Positions 36,666 to 49,980 of a stretch of DNA of 64,000 bases are shown here, one piece after another (position 1 is the stretch's first letter; each line of letters begins with the position of its first letter). The notes beneath the pieces were generated by a model that made no database searches, had not been told where the DNA came from, and saw only the letters and a program-made list of their open reading frames with translations. Made by a program: the position numbers and the translations under genes. The stretch comes from Camelus dromedarius (lineage: Eukaryota), in the NCBI RefSeq assembly GCF_036321535.1, contig NC_087437.1, positions 3,596,001 through 3,660,000 of the forward strand. Direction: 5' to 3'.

Positions 36666-38658
36666 TTGGAGCCTTAGAGCTGTTGATTCTAGATCCAAGG
36701 AGATGGTACCAGGTCTCTTTCAGCTTCTTGTACCCTGGGAGTCAGAGAGCCTAAGGGTTTAGAATTTGGAGTGATGAGCTAGGGAACCTGCCAGAGGCCA
36801 GGTACCAGAACCTGGAACAGGCAAAACACTTAAGACAAACCTACCTGATGACACTGAGCCTAGGCAAGTGCAGGTGAGTTGTGCGTACTAATACATCAGC
36901 AGCCCCATGTATGTACATATGTAAGTAAGTCACCACTAGGTAGTTTAAGAGTAAGGCAAACAGTACGTTAGAAAGCAGTTACGAGGGTAACTGGCTGGCA
37001 CTGTGATAGCAGAACAAGGTATTCTATGCAACAGACCAGCTATCAAGCTACTTGGTAGATTTTCTAAGGTATAATTGATTGACTTTGTGGTTATAGTAAG
37101 CTAAAAGGGCTCCCAAAAGAAAGCCTGGTTTGATACCTGGTTAATATCCTCTCCTTTGAAGTGAAGAAAAGTCAGATCCAAGAAATAACAAGGTGACTAG
37201 CAATACAGACAGCTGATACAAAGTCTTCCTTCTCAAAAGCTCATGCAGCTCTCCCTCCACGCCCCTCTCACTTGTGTCATGAAGCCCAGGGGACCCGGTG
37301 CCTGATTAAGACCGGATGACAGCGGTGGGCCAGCCCTTGACCTCATCATCCTATCGGGCCATGCTCTGTTCTCTGCCCCCAGGACCAGAGCAGAGTAAGA
37401 TCCATGGAGGCAGCCACAGCAGGTGTTTCTCGGCCCTGAGCCCAAGGCAGGGCAGTGGAGACGGTAAGGACAGTCTAACCATCATTTCCCCTCAGGCCCT
37501 TATTGGAAAACGTTCTGAACCTCAGCAGCCTGCTGCTGGTCTCCACTGTGTGGCCTCCATCCTGGATTCTGAGGCCCCGGCCTAGCTTCCCTTCGGTGTC
37601 CTGGCCCTCAGGCCACGCTGAGCCTTCTGAGTTGTAGCTGCAGTGTAGGGATGGCAGACACTGGGCACTGGAGTGGGGTCTCCTTGAGAAGAGTGACCGC
37701 AGACATCCTCAAGAAGTGGGAGCCAGGAGAAAGCAGGGCCCCTAACAGCACAGACACTGCAGCTTCTGTCTGCTTTTCCATCTTCAGACCTGGGGCCGAA
37801 CGGCTCACCCACCATGTTTCCTGGCCTGGATTCCCAGCGAGGGCCTTTCCCCGGCAGCCTCATTATGCTGAAGGTGAATTCCACACGCCATCCCTCGGGG
37901 AACATCCAGCCATCTGACACAGTGCCTCCCGAGCTGGCTGGGGAGACGTGCAGGCCACTCCGTGACCAAGCAGTTGCCTTGGGAAAGCGCCCCAGCCTGT
38001 GAAAAAGTGCCCTCCACCGTGAGAGCACCAAAGTCAGCGAGGCCTCAAGACCACAAAGGAGCGGAGGCTGCTCTGCGCTTTATCTTAAAAACCTAGACTA
38101 ACAGGGCAAAACCCCTTCAGCAGAAATGAGATGGGGGGCGGGCACTTTTTCTATTTTGGGGCTTCTGTGTCTGCACTGGGACGAAAGGAGGAATAAGACC
38201 TTGTCTCTGTCCCCAGGCAGCTCCCTATGCCCAGTTCTCCGGTGGCACCCAGAGAAGACAATGTTTCAGAGATGAGCCTTCTCCCTGGACCAAAGAGAAG
38301 CCCCTCGGGCCGGGCCGGCCGGCCACGGTGCGCAGCCTGGCGGGGGCTGGGAACCAGCCTCAGCACCAGTGCCTTGGACAGCTTGATCTGCCCGCAGCCC
38401 AGACGTCCAGGCCCGCAGGGCGGGAGGGGTCTCTGTGTCACATTCTCAAGATAGCTGCTCGTGAACTGTGAATATGCTCAGCTTTTGCCTCATAATTTAT
38501 AAGTGTTTATGCCATATGCCATAGATTAAGAATATGACAAATGTATAAATAAACCAAATTAAAATAAGCACAGGAAAGCTTCAAGGGTGTAAACAAAATC
38601 ATTTCTTCTGTGACCTCGTTTTTCTTAGCTTTTCCAGGGTCTTCTTTATCTGCTCTGC

Positions 38659-39136
38659 TGCATGAGTCAGGGTTCTCCAGAGAAACAGGACCCAGGGAGA
38701 GACAGGCAGAGGCAGAGGCAGAAGCAGACGCAGATGAGCTGCATTATAAGTAACTGGCCCCCGCAGTTCTGGACGCTGAGGAGTCCCCAGGTCTGCCATC
38801 TGCAGCCGAAGGCCCAGGACAGCTGGGGGTCTAGTTCGGTCCTGGTCTGAAGGCCTGAGACCAGTGGGTCTGCGGTCTGTCTCTCAGTCCAAGGGTAGGA
38901 GAAGACAGGCAAGCTGTCCCAGCTCAGCAGGGAGGCAGGAGAGGGGCACCTGCTCCGGCCTCTGCCTTTTGTCCTGTTCAGGCCCTCAGGGGCTGGAGAG
39001 GGCGCCCACTTGACAGAGGCCTCTGGCTCCAGTGCTGCCCTCACCTGGAAACAGCCTCACAGCCACACCCAGGAGCGGTGTTTAAACTGGGAACCTCATG
39101 GCCTAGTCAGACTGACACATACAACTGACCACCACA
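38659..39136 (-). mobile_element. ERVL LTR (MLT2 family)
   Basis: AGTCAGGGTTCTCCAGAGAAACAG start, GAAGGCCTGAGACCAG core, GCCTAGTCAGACTGACACATACAACTGACCACCACA end. Confidence 0.8.
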
Positions 39137-41019
39137 TGCATTAAAAGAATTTGCAAGGCATCTGCAACAGAGGAGTCAAATCTAACCTCTTCACGTAAAT
39201 CATTCCAAAGTAATCTTCCTAACTCATTTGTAGACAGTCCATGTCATTTAAAAACACACTGTCATACGTACTATAGACCACAAGAGGAGAAGGCGGGGAC
39301 AGGGCTTTGCAGCTAGATCTATTTTTATTTCTACTTCAGACTCTAGTCTGAAAGACTAGGCTGACAGTGGAGGAACCGTTGTGGAAGGACACGCCCTTGT
39401 CCCCAGATATTCGCACCTCTTGTGCCTGGAAGTGAGCAGTCCCTTTGAGAGGAACAGGCACCCCCACTGTGACCCTGGGTTTGGTCATGAGACTTGCTCG
39501 GGTCAAAGGCATGGGGACAGACCGGGTGACTGTCAGCTCTGAGCAGAACCTTTGAGAACCATGGGTGTTTCTGTTTGTCCCTCCCTCGGCTGTGAGAAAG
39601 CAGAGTGGCCAGAGGAACGGGGCAGACGGGAGAGCCGACCTGCAGCGGCCAGTGCACAAGGCGGGACTGCCTTCTGTCCACACAGCACGACTTCCCTCAG
39701 CAGGAATGAGGTTTGGCGTCACATTCTCAAGGTAGCTGTCAGTCAACTGTGAGGACTCTTGGCTCGTTACATCATTACTTCTAAGTGTCTATGCCATATG
39801 CTAACAGACTCATTCTTTTGGATTTAAACTGTTATAAAAACAGATAATTAAGATAAATAACTGTATTCTCTGAAAAAACCTATCTTAGAACTATAGAAAT
39901 TAAATCTTGAAAATAACAGAAGTGAAAAGTAGGTGATGTATTTGTGATCAGGAATAATATAGAGCATTTCTCTACTTGAAAACTATTCTGGAGATTGGAT
40001 CAAGATGGAGACACCTGCCTCTGACCCCAGCCCAGATTCCCAGGAATGTGAGAAATTTTTCAAGCGGAGATTCAGGATAGTGTTAGAAAACAAATGTTCT
40101 GGGTGGGCCAGAATTTTTGAAAAAGCCCTGAAAGAGGAACCCAAACCTCAACATGCACAGGAGAAGGAAGGCTGCCGGTGCACCCCCCACCCAGATGTCC
40201 ACATGCCCCCCTTCCCCCATCCACCCCCCTCAACTCCTATTTCTGGGTACCACCTGAGAGAAATGCCTTGTACCTGTCTTTGTTTCAGGTTCCGACACTG
40301 GAAGAATCTGAACAAAGACAAGCTTTTGTCTCCCCAAGATCTAGGCCCTCACTTCTAACCTCCTTTTCTCCCCGCATCCCCACCTGGCACCCACCATCCC
40401 CGCTGATGCAGCATATTTACAATTAACCCCCTGCTCACCTTCCGGTGACAAACAGGTCCACCTCTGACCTGCCCCTCCCGCACCTCACACATAACCACTC
40501 AATTTCAAGCCTGTTCATTTCAACTTGTCAGGTTCACGCTCATCCATCCATGTGCCGCCCATGGCGGCCACCTTGGCTCAGGTCTTACTCACGCGTGGAT
40601 ATTATGAAAGGTTCCAGACGGATAGCCCAAGTTGCCCTCTCTCTCCTCTGTGATTTGTCAGCTAATCTTCCTGCAGCTCCGGTCACATTACAGCTCCACT
40701 TCATGGTATCAATGTCTGTGCTACAAAATAAAGCCCCTGCAGCCTGATCTAACCTACGTCTACTCACAGCCCCACTCATTACTCCACCAGCATTTCCGAT
40801 GGAACTCTTCATTCCCCCTAAAAGAGCCACGTTTCCTCAGCCCTGCGCCTTTGCTCACTCTGTTCCCTCTGCCTGGCAAGTTCTGACCCATCTCTCACCA
40901 TGGTCAAAGCCCACCGTGGGTCAAATGTCACTTCTTCCAAGACTTCGTCATTGATTCTCCCAAATAAAAACACCCCTCTTAGGATCTCCTAGAGCACTCT
41001 GAACACTCACGTTACATTA

Positions 41020-41655
41020 GAGAACAATTTACATTAAAGTGCATGAATCTGAAGCTTGGTGAACATTTACAAAACGCATCACACTTGTAACCCTCTGCCT
41101 AGATCAAGAGGCAGAACACCCCCAGCATCCCAGGTTTTTTGTTCCCCTTCAGTCAAAACTCCCTTTCAAATGTAACCTCTGTTCTGACTCACCGACCGCA
41201 CGTCCGGTTCGCCTGTCTTTGAATGTCATATAGATGGAGTCACAGAACACACACTCTTCTGTGCCTGGCACCTGTTACCCAAATCTGATCCCTGAGATGC
41301 CTCAGATCACACTTATCAGTTGTGCACTATTCTTCACTGCAGAGCAGTGCCCGACTGTGTGACTATACTGCAATTTATTTAACCATTCTGCTGGAAATGG
41401 ACATTTTTCAGGGTTTCAGCTAGTACAGATAAGGCCTCTGTGGACATTTGTGAACATGCCTTTTGTTGAACGTAGGTACCCATGTTTCATCTCAGGAGCA
41501 GAATCAGGTCATAAGCGATTTGAGGTACTATCAAGCATGTTTTCCAAGTAGTTACACCAATTCACGTGCTAACAGCAGCGTGAGAGAATTCCAGTACCGC
41601 CACCTCCCTGCCAAGACTTGTTACTGTCAGAGATTTTTTTCAGTTTTTCTGGTGG
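41020..41655 (-). mobile_element. Old L1 3' fragment (L1ME/MC-like)
   Basis: AATTTATTTAACCATTCT...ATGGACATT...TTTTCCAAGTAGTTACACCAATTCAC antisense L1 motifs. Confidence 0.65.
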
Positions 41656-42900
41656 CTAGGCCCTCCTCATTCTGTATCGAATTATAACCACAAACAACAA
41701 CACTTAAATAGGACTTGACAGTTTGCAAATTTTAAAGTGTGTAATATCTCAATCCATATTCCCTACAGCCCCATGAAGCAAGCAGACAGTGCTATTATTT
41801 TCCCTGCTCTAGAGATGAGGGAGCAAGGCTGAGAGAGGTTAAGCAGACCGTCCGAGGCCATGATGCACGCCGAGCAGAGACTCTGAACCCTGTGTTATCA
41901 ACCACGCTGCATGGTGTACAGATATCTGGGGACATGTTTTATCTCTGCAAGTTTACTAACAGCTCTTCCAGGTTAGGCTTTATTTTAAACTTACCACTAT
42001 TTAATAAGGGAATGAATAAACTTAAAGTTGAAGTTTCTCTGTCTATAGAGAAGAACTTTATAACAACCGGTTACAATCACATAATGAATAAGAAGCAGCA
42101 TCACTTGTTATCTGAAGCACAAAGGATGGTATTTCAGATCCACAGAACCACAAATACCCACCACTGAGCCCTATTTAATGACTTTCTTAGAATGTTGAAG
42201 GAGTCAAAACAAATTTAAATCCTCTCTTTGAAGGATTATTTTAAACTCATTTATTTTAACTATTACTAAGCAGACCCAAATGTATCAAAAAGTATTTGGG
42301 TTCCTAATCAACCAGATTTCAATTTTATATTCTGCACACTGAACATCAAAGTTGGCATCTTTATCTGTGTTGTTTTCCTTAGTCTAAGCTAACAAATATG
42401 CCAAGAAATAGTAGAGAAAATACAAGAAATACCAATAGAACTGTAAGTACACAGACGTCTTACATTCTGCAGCTCTGGGCAGTTTACTAAAAGATTACCT
42501 GGCATTCTTTAATCATTGTCTCCTAGGATAGTTTGACACCATTCAAAAGATTGTTATGAGCTGTCAGGAAGTCAGTGACCATCCGTCTCATCAAGCAAGT
42601 GTTTCAGAAGATACACAGCAAAGCACAGAATAATCAGATTACCTTTTACACCATCAGAGAGCACAGATGACACATTTAAGCTACTTGATATCCACGGATA
42701 GCCAGACCTTGGTGTACCCTACAAATTTCCACTTTTGTTCAAGAAGAATGTTCCCACGTGCTCCCCCTGCTCCTGAGTTTACAGCTGACGTGGACCCCTC
42801 ATGGTATCTACTTTTACTTGTCTAGGCACGCTCATCTTTTCAAATGCATTCAGTCATTTTATGGGTCTATAAAACATTTCACATCTAAAACGTCTTACTT

Positions 42901-43031
42901 TTTTGTTTGTTTTTTTTGGGGGGGAGGGTAATTAGGTTTATTATTTATTTTTAGAGGAGGTACTGGGGATTGAACCCAGGACCTTGTGCATGCCAAGCAC
43001 ATGCTCTGCCTCTTGAGCTATACTCTCCCCC
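42901..43031 (-). mobile_element. tRNA-derived SINE (camelid Vic-1-like, long-tail form)
   Basis: Antisense A/B boxes (GGGATTGAACC; TGAGCTATA); TSD AAAAC(G/T)TCTTACTT at 42887-42900 and 43066-43079. Confidence 0.88.
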
Positions 43032-43721
43032 ATCCTGGCTCCTTTTTTTTGGGGGGGGGGGGAGAAAAACTTCTTACTTTTGACCTATAGAAAAAATAGT
43101 AAAAAGTTTTAAAATACATTTTTGAGGCAGAGATTATAAATGCAAATTTATAGACAGTTGAACTCATGGAGCATACTTTGACCTTCTTTATCAGCTAGTT
43201 CATGTCAACACTGACTTTTGGTCTGAATAATTATCTCTCTGAGGCCAAAGATTATCTTCTGCCTCAATCACTCAGTGCATCTTGCGAGTGAACACAGCTA
43301 AATGTGCACTGACCCATTCCAAAGGCACCACACGATTTACCTGCAGTCTGCAAGGGCATTTACAGCCTGAGCCTGATGCAAGATATAACAAAATCATAGC
43401 ATGCTAAAGGTGTCTGAGAATCGCCTGTGGGTCACAGGACAGGAGCAGACACAGAGGAATGTGTTTAATACAAGTTTCTGTCTTATTTTTAAGGCCAACT
43501 TGATTTCTAGGACAACAACACAAAAGGTAATTAAGTAAATCCTCTAGGTATAATCACCCAGCAGTTTCCTCATGGAAAAGCAGATTGTAGATATTTAACT
43601 ACAGTCATTTACCTTTTGGACTTAGTTCCTCTCAATTCTACACCTCCCCCCTCAAAATTCATTTTTTGAGTTCAGACATGACTGTTAAAAAATGCGGTCC
43701 CTCAGTAACAAAGGAACGTAC

Positions 43722-43840
43722 CTTTCGTGCATGTAGTCAACTCCCAGCAACAGCTGGATAAACCATTCTGTTATCTGAGTCTCTGGAAAGGTTTTCCCAG
43801 CTTCTTTATATTCCTGAATTTTACAGTCCAGATCTCGGCC
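43722..43840 (-). CDS. NEK11: NEK11 exon B (119 nt)
   Basis: Acceptor TTTGTTTCAG|G, donor AAG|GTACGT. Encodes GRDLDCKIQEYKEAGKTFPETQITEWFIQLLLGVDYMHE(R). Too short for the ORF track; translated by hand. Confidence 0.95.
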
Positions 43841-43974
43841 CTGAAACAAAGTAGCGTAATTTTTCGTATTTCTCTTCAGTTAAGAATTTAAAATCAACCT
43901 CCCTCAACAAGAGCTAACCCACAGTGGTCAGCGTGTATCGTAAGAAGGCCAGGACACCCTGCCACCCGGTAACT

Positions 43975-44490
43975 GCCACCGCAGACTCTCCCTGACCACC
44001 TCGAGCCAGCCTCCTGAGTCCTCTCCTCAACTAGGCCTCAACTTTGGCTTATAAAGACCTGGACAAACGCTAACAAATTTCTAACAGCTCAAGGCCATGT
44101 GCGTAGGATGACCCTAGTACCCCTTAAGGTGCCTGCTTGAGAAAACTCAGGGCTGCCAGAGAACGACTGTTTGTTCTAGCCCCACCTCAAGAGGGGGCCC
44201 TGTCCCCCAGTCTCTGGGGAGACAGAGGTAGGTGCCTCCCTTCCATGAGAGCCAGTCAGCAAAGCCAGACCAGCCCCTTCCCACCCTCTGCACTATTCTG
44301 CTCTCCTGACTCTGCTCAGCACCCTGCCCTTGCCTCCCCCCCCCACAGTATTGTCCCTTTAAGCCACCAGTCACTTGTGCACACAGCGCGGTGGAGCTCT
44401 GCTCCTTCCCCTCCAGTCAGTGGTTACTGAATAAACTCTGTTTTCACTGCTTTAACTACTGTCTGGCTATATTTATTTTAGGTGTCACAC
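43975..44490 (+). mobile_element. ERV1 LTR (MER31/MER67-like), antisense to NEK11
   Basis: AACAGCTCAAGGCC...AGGATGACCCTAG...TGCCTGCTTGAGAAAACTCAGGGCTGCC core, AATAAA at ~44430, ends ...TCACA. Confidence 0.7.
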
Positions 44491-47400
44491 AAGAACAAAA
44501 CCTTTCTAAAGGGTCTTAACTTTTATTACATGACCTAAATATTACCTAGAAATTGTTTTTATTTTATTACATTACATATTATATGTACCCACATAAAACT
44601 AGGAATGACTCTCCTTATGTTCAGAGTTTTATGTAACTATAGAACCCGAACACGTTCAGGTCAAACACTGAGCTGCCCACAGACCCTTCCTGCAGTCACA
44701 GTGAGACAGAAAGGAAAAGCATGGGTCAGCAATGAGAACATCAAAGAGAAATGATCTCTAATCAAACAATGTGAGGTCACCGAACCAACTCACCTGTAAT
44801 GCATTTTTATTTCCTTTCAGGGCAATGTGCAAATACTTGCCTCACATTTCTCTCCTCCTACACAGGGCATGAGAGGTCGAAAGCAGCATATTAAACAGCC
44901 TGCCCTCTCACTCAGACTCAAAATCCTGCTGGATTTTCTGGGCCAAAGAGATCAAAGCTTGTTCAACTGAGTTGAATATTTACCTCCTTGTCAAACAGAC
45001 CTGCCTTTCCTTCTCATTCTGCAAACCTGTCTTTATATCCCCTCTCTTTTCAATCCTAGAGTCATAATGTTGACTATGAATCCCAGTCAATGATCCTAGA
45101 ATCCTACTATCATTTTATAATGTTTCTAGAATTTGCATAGAACATTTTTTGACAATAGAGCATCACAACATCCTGTGATGTGGACACAGCGGCCCTTCAG
45201 TTGAAAGGTGAGCTGTAAATGTATATTTTCCACTCCTAGATTTCCCTTTCTATCCAAGAGGACTCTGGCAAACCTTTCTCCCACGTGAAAAAGAGGAAAA
45301 AAAAAAACAAGCTCTCCTTTCAACATCCCATTTAGATTCTCTGAATATGATAAAACATCTCCTGTGGCAGGAAGATAATTATCTACCTGCCGCAATCCCC
45401 TTCCTGAATAGCCTCAGAAAAGGAGTGACAGAAAGAACAAGCATGCAAGGAGGGAGGGAGACGAGGGGAAGGAAGGAAGAAAAAGAGAAGAGAAAAAAGG
45501 AAAAGCTTGCCTTAGAGGAGGCTCAGTGAGGGGGACAGCTTCAACCCAACGTTTCCTACTTCAGGAAGGCCATCTGTAAGCACAGCCGCCCCTGTGACAA
45601 TGGCCTTTGTAAATGTGACTGTCGGCCCCAGTAATTCTGACGTCTGGAGAACTCTGTGTTGCGATGACATTCCTTTCAGGAATTGTCCCCACTCTGTAAT
45701 GCTGCTTTTCATTTCCTATGGTCATTTTTAAACTACATTAAAGAAATGTGAGTTCCTACACAGTTGCATCGGCCTCAGTGTTATTTTCTCTGTGAGTGAG
45801 CAGAGCTGCTTCCCTGGGGGTCGTCTTGCTGCAGGGGCCCACTCCCCGGACACATCTGTTGTCAGTCTGACTCTCACCTCCTCATGCTCTCCCCTCATGT
45901 GGTGAGAAGCTGCTTGTCTGTTTCCTGCATTGATATTAACTATGTGCATGATTTCCTGTGACTAAATGAATATATATTTAGACTACTGGGAAAAAAATGA
46001 ACAGGACCTTTGATAGTACGCCTCCAAGTGAAACGTCAAAAGGAGGAACACAAACTTCCCCGGTTCCCCAGGGGGATCCATAAAAGGAGAAATGTACTAG
46101 TTCTTACTATTAAGCAAGAGACGTGTTCAGTCAACAAGACAGAAAGTCGAAAGATCAAGTTCATCAGAGAGCTGGGTCTTCTCCTCAAGTCACTCCCCCT
46201 ACAGTTTTAATTTTGCATCTTTATCTCCAAGAAAAATGATTTGTTTCATATTTCCTTTGTTCTTTAATAAACACTCTGTAGATTACTTTCTTAGGATTTA
46301 ATTAAGGTAGTTAAGTCACTCACAGATTGACATAAATTATGCTTTTATATAACCAAAAAAGAAATATAATTTTTTGTGAAGTAGTTTGATTTCTACTCAG
46401 CAATATGAAAAGCATTTATTACTTTCTTTTTTGCTAAGCCATCTTCCAAGTAAAAATCAACTGTTTTGGATGAAATGTCACGCCTTGGTTTAAGAAGTTC
46501 TTATTACAGTATCTGCAGGCCCATTCTGTCTCCTTGACTTTGCCTTTGAGAAATATTTAATGATGACTCTTATTGCTAAAGCACCTCTAATGAAAAAAGT
46601 ATTGACTTTACTTTGAACCAATATTAATGGTGCCTAACGTCTGCATTTCTGACAGAAGATGGTTTCTTTCACTAATAACACCCCTCGAAAGTTGCAATAC
46701 AAGCTTTGATGTTAATTTCTAAGACTTAGAAAATCTTAACCCAAAATGTGCCATTTGGAGGATTGATGGTCTCGCCTCTCTCCCCCCAACCCAGTTAGCC
46801 CATATCAGGGTGCCCTTGAAGGCCCAAGACCTTGAAGAAATGAAGAACAACTCAAATACAGTGTCTAAAACTCCATCTTTGATTGCTATTAAAAACTTTT
46901 AAACCCTAAAAGGGTTTGGTTTAAAAAAATTAATCCATTTTTTTCAGTCGTCAATAGAAGCGCTTACATCCAGTTTAAAAGACGGAAGGAACGCCTTCTC
47001 AGAAGCCTGAACACAAAGAGCCTGCAGTGTTCAGAGCATAGACAAGGACAAAATGATCTCAGGGTTTTAGGGCTGGAAGGAGCCTGAAAAATTGTTCTGC
47101 CCGAGTTCTTCATTTTAAAATGAAAAGGCTGCCCCTTGTTTTTCACTGGGTTGACATCTTAAAAGGCTGTTCCCTCACACACCACATCTCCTTCAAATAC
47201 GTTCCTAATAGCTCCTTCCAGGGGACTCAAATTTTTGCACACATCAGAATAATCTGAATTGCTTGTTTAAAATGCATTTTTCTGGGCCCTATCAGCAGAG
47301 GAACCAGGAATGTGCATTTTCAGCAAGCATCCTAAGTGACTTTGCAACAGGGCATGGACCACACCTGCAGAAAATGCTGCTAGATAACAACACAGGTGGG

Positions 47401-48495
47401 CCACAGACTTAGTGTCTCACCTGTGATGGGGACATTCTGTCCAGTAGTCTGAAAAATTCCAAAGGCAAAAGATGTATTTGAAAGTCAGGGTTGAATAAGA
47501 ATTATTTTGTAATGACATATTTTAAAAAGCCTGTGACGTTACTTAGAAGAACACCAGTAAATGGAGGTGGAGTGGGCAGGGGAAGGAGACCCTCTGTCAT
47601 TACATGGTAGAAGCTGAAGACGTTTCCTTAGAATTTTGGAAGTTCACTGCAGTGGAACTCATTAAAAGTGGGGGAAATGTCAGGCCACATTATGCCTTAA
47701 AAGCAAAATAAGAAGATCTGGTTTCTAAATAGTTACTAAGGAGGGCCACGTAGGATCATGACGTCATGTCTAATAATGTAGATGAACTCTCTTGGGTTTA
47801 ATTGCTAATTTTCTTTCAAAATCTTTTAGAGTAAATGTTCTTCCTGCTGGGGTAAATGTACATGAATAAGGATAAAATGGTAGAGCTGATTTTTATCTTA
47901 ACAAGTAAAATGAAATAATACTTCCATCTATAAATCACTGGGATTTTTTTTTTAAATAAAGTGTTTGAAGTGGATTATTCTAATTTTTTATCACATGTGT
48001 ATATGAAGTCATATATGTTAGCTAAAGCCATACTCCAAATACCATAAGTTCTCCCAGGTTTATGAATTACTTTATATTAGTGCATTCATACATTTCTCTT
48101 AAATGAAATTAATTTTGCTTTTCAATCTTTACACTAACAATTTTAAGTGAAAATCAGTGGCCTTGCTTTTAAACTTTCTTTGTGTGAATAGGTTAAAACA
48201 CTTCATAGTTTAAACAAAGAGAGTAAATGGAACAAATCAAATGATGTTAATTTTGGTGCTTACAAGAACCATGAACAGATGAGTTTAGGCATACAAAAAC
48301 ACAAGATACCCTAGCTGAATGAAGTCTAGACCCGCTAAGGGGGGCCACCCACCTGGGCTGGAGCTGCCCGGGAAAAGCAGGGAGCCCTGAGGGGACCCAT
48401 CTCTCTGAAGGTGACTCTGGTTCCCTTAATCCGCAGCAATCCCAGCAATGCAGCCCTGCTGTGTGGACACCTGCAGCTTACACCAGGAAAGATGA

Positions 48496-48855
48496 TGCTA
48501 TAGACAATGTCTGCATCCCCCCAGCAAAATGAAATGTAAAATCCTTACCCAGCATGATGGCATTAGGAGGTGGGGCTTTTGGGAGGCAATCAGATCATGA
48601 GGGTGGAGCCCCCATGAACGGGATTAGTGCCCTTATGAAAGAGAGCCCAGAGAGCTCCCTCCCAGCTTCTGCCGTGTGAGGACACAGCAAGAAGACGGCT
48701 ATCTGAACCAGGAAGTGGGCTTTCCCCAGACACTGACTCTGCCAGAGCCTTGATTTTAGACTTCCCAGCCTCCAGAACTGTGAGAAATAAATTTACACTA
48801 AATATCAGCCACCAAGTCTATGGTATTTTTCTATAGCACCCAAACGGACTAGGCA
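48496..48855 (+). mobile_element. MaLR LTR (MLT1A-like)
   Basis: TGCTAT start; CATGAGGGTGGAGCCCCCATGAACGGGATTAGTGCCCTTAT; GACTTCCCAGCCTCCAGAACTGTGAGAAATAAATTT; ends GACTAGGCA. Confidence 0.88.
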
Positions 48856-49916
48856 AGAAGTATTCTCTTTAGTCAACACCAATCACAAGGATCAAGGTTC
48901 CTCATCCATAAGGAACCAATTCTGGGGGGAAGTGACCACGGGCAGAGCTTCAGGACTGTAAGCAGTGACTCTGAAGGCCAGCAAAGGGGCTGTCTCTAAT
49001 GGTAGACCCAACACATCCTGTATGAAGTCCTAAGGACCCTCTGGGAGCTAGTAAGCCTAGTGGTGTGCACCACTGCCGAATTCACTGGCTACAGTCTGCG
49101 GATATTCACTAGAGTTTCAAGATTATAAAACTCAACCCACTTATATAGTTTACTGAAACAGTTTTGCATAAATGAGAAATGTAAGGAGAAAATTTTAACT
49201 TTCTTTTTTACAATACAAACAGATCCTTAGAAAGTATTTGCCTGAAACTTGCTATCAGACCCATTAGTGTTTAAGAATTTGCATGTTTCCTCCTTCTGGC
49301 ATGAACCCTCATAATAAAGGCTGCAAGCCAAAAACTCAGAGAGGAAAAAAACTAGCTCACCTTCTAGAAGACGATTTGGAGGTGGGAGAGGAAGGTAGCA
49401 CTGAAATAAAGAATTAGTATAAGGACAACTTCCACTGCTGACCACCTCCTAGGTACAAAGCTCTGATGGGCCTTCTTCCAACATTACTTATTTCACAGCC
49501 TTATAAAAACCTGATAATATACCTGGTGTTGTTGGCCCTATCTTAAAATCAGGACAGAGGTCAGAGAAATGAAATAACTTGCTCAATGAAATGGATCAAG
49601 ATTTGAACAGAAGTCAGTGTGATGCCAAAGTCCACAAACTTTCCATTATTTCAAACCCTATCTAGTTTCCTGGTGATAGAGAATAAAATAATTATATCAT
49701 CATAACATTAAAACATATTTGTGTGTCCAAATGGCTACATATTTGTTTCTGTACACATATCATAGAGACAGAGATAGATACAGAGACAGAACACAGTGAG
49801 AGTCAGCCAAGGGAAGGAGCAGCCTTCGTGTACAAGGTGGTGATCTGCTGTCCACGTGTTTGTGAGATGATTACCACAGTCAAGTTGATTGACACATCCA
49901 GTATCTCCATGGTTAC

Positions 49917-49918
<2 letters not shown>

Positions 49919-49978
<60 letters not shown>
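49919..49978. repeat. (TG)30 microsatellite within an antisense L1 3'-end remnant (~49830-50100)
   Basis: 60-bp perfect TG run; flanks CTACTCTTGGCAAACTTCAGG...CTTGTTCATCTTATAACTGAAAG are L1MA-like. Confidence 0.95.

Positions 49979-49980
<2 letters not shown>

Noticed and set aside
35680..37230. Possible ERV1-internal remnants flanking the SINE and MLT1
   Set aside because: Only vague resemblance and no translatable gag/pol/env motif, so not called.
46559..46652. ATGATGA...CTGA as a C/D-box snoRNA
   Set aside because: Antisense to the host gene and no terminal stem.
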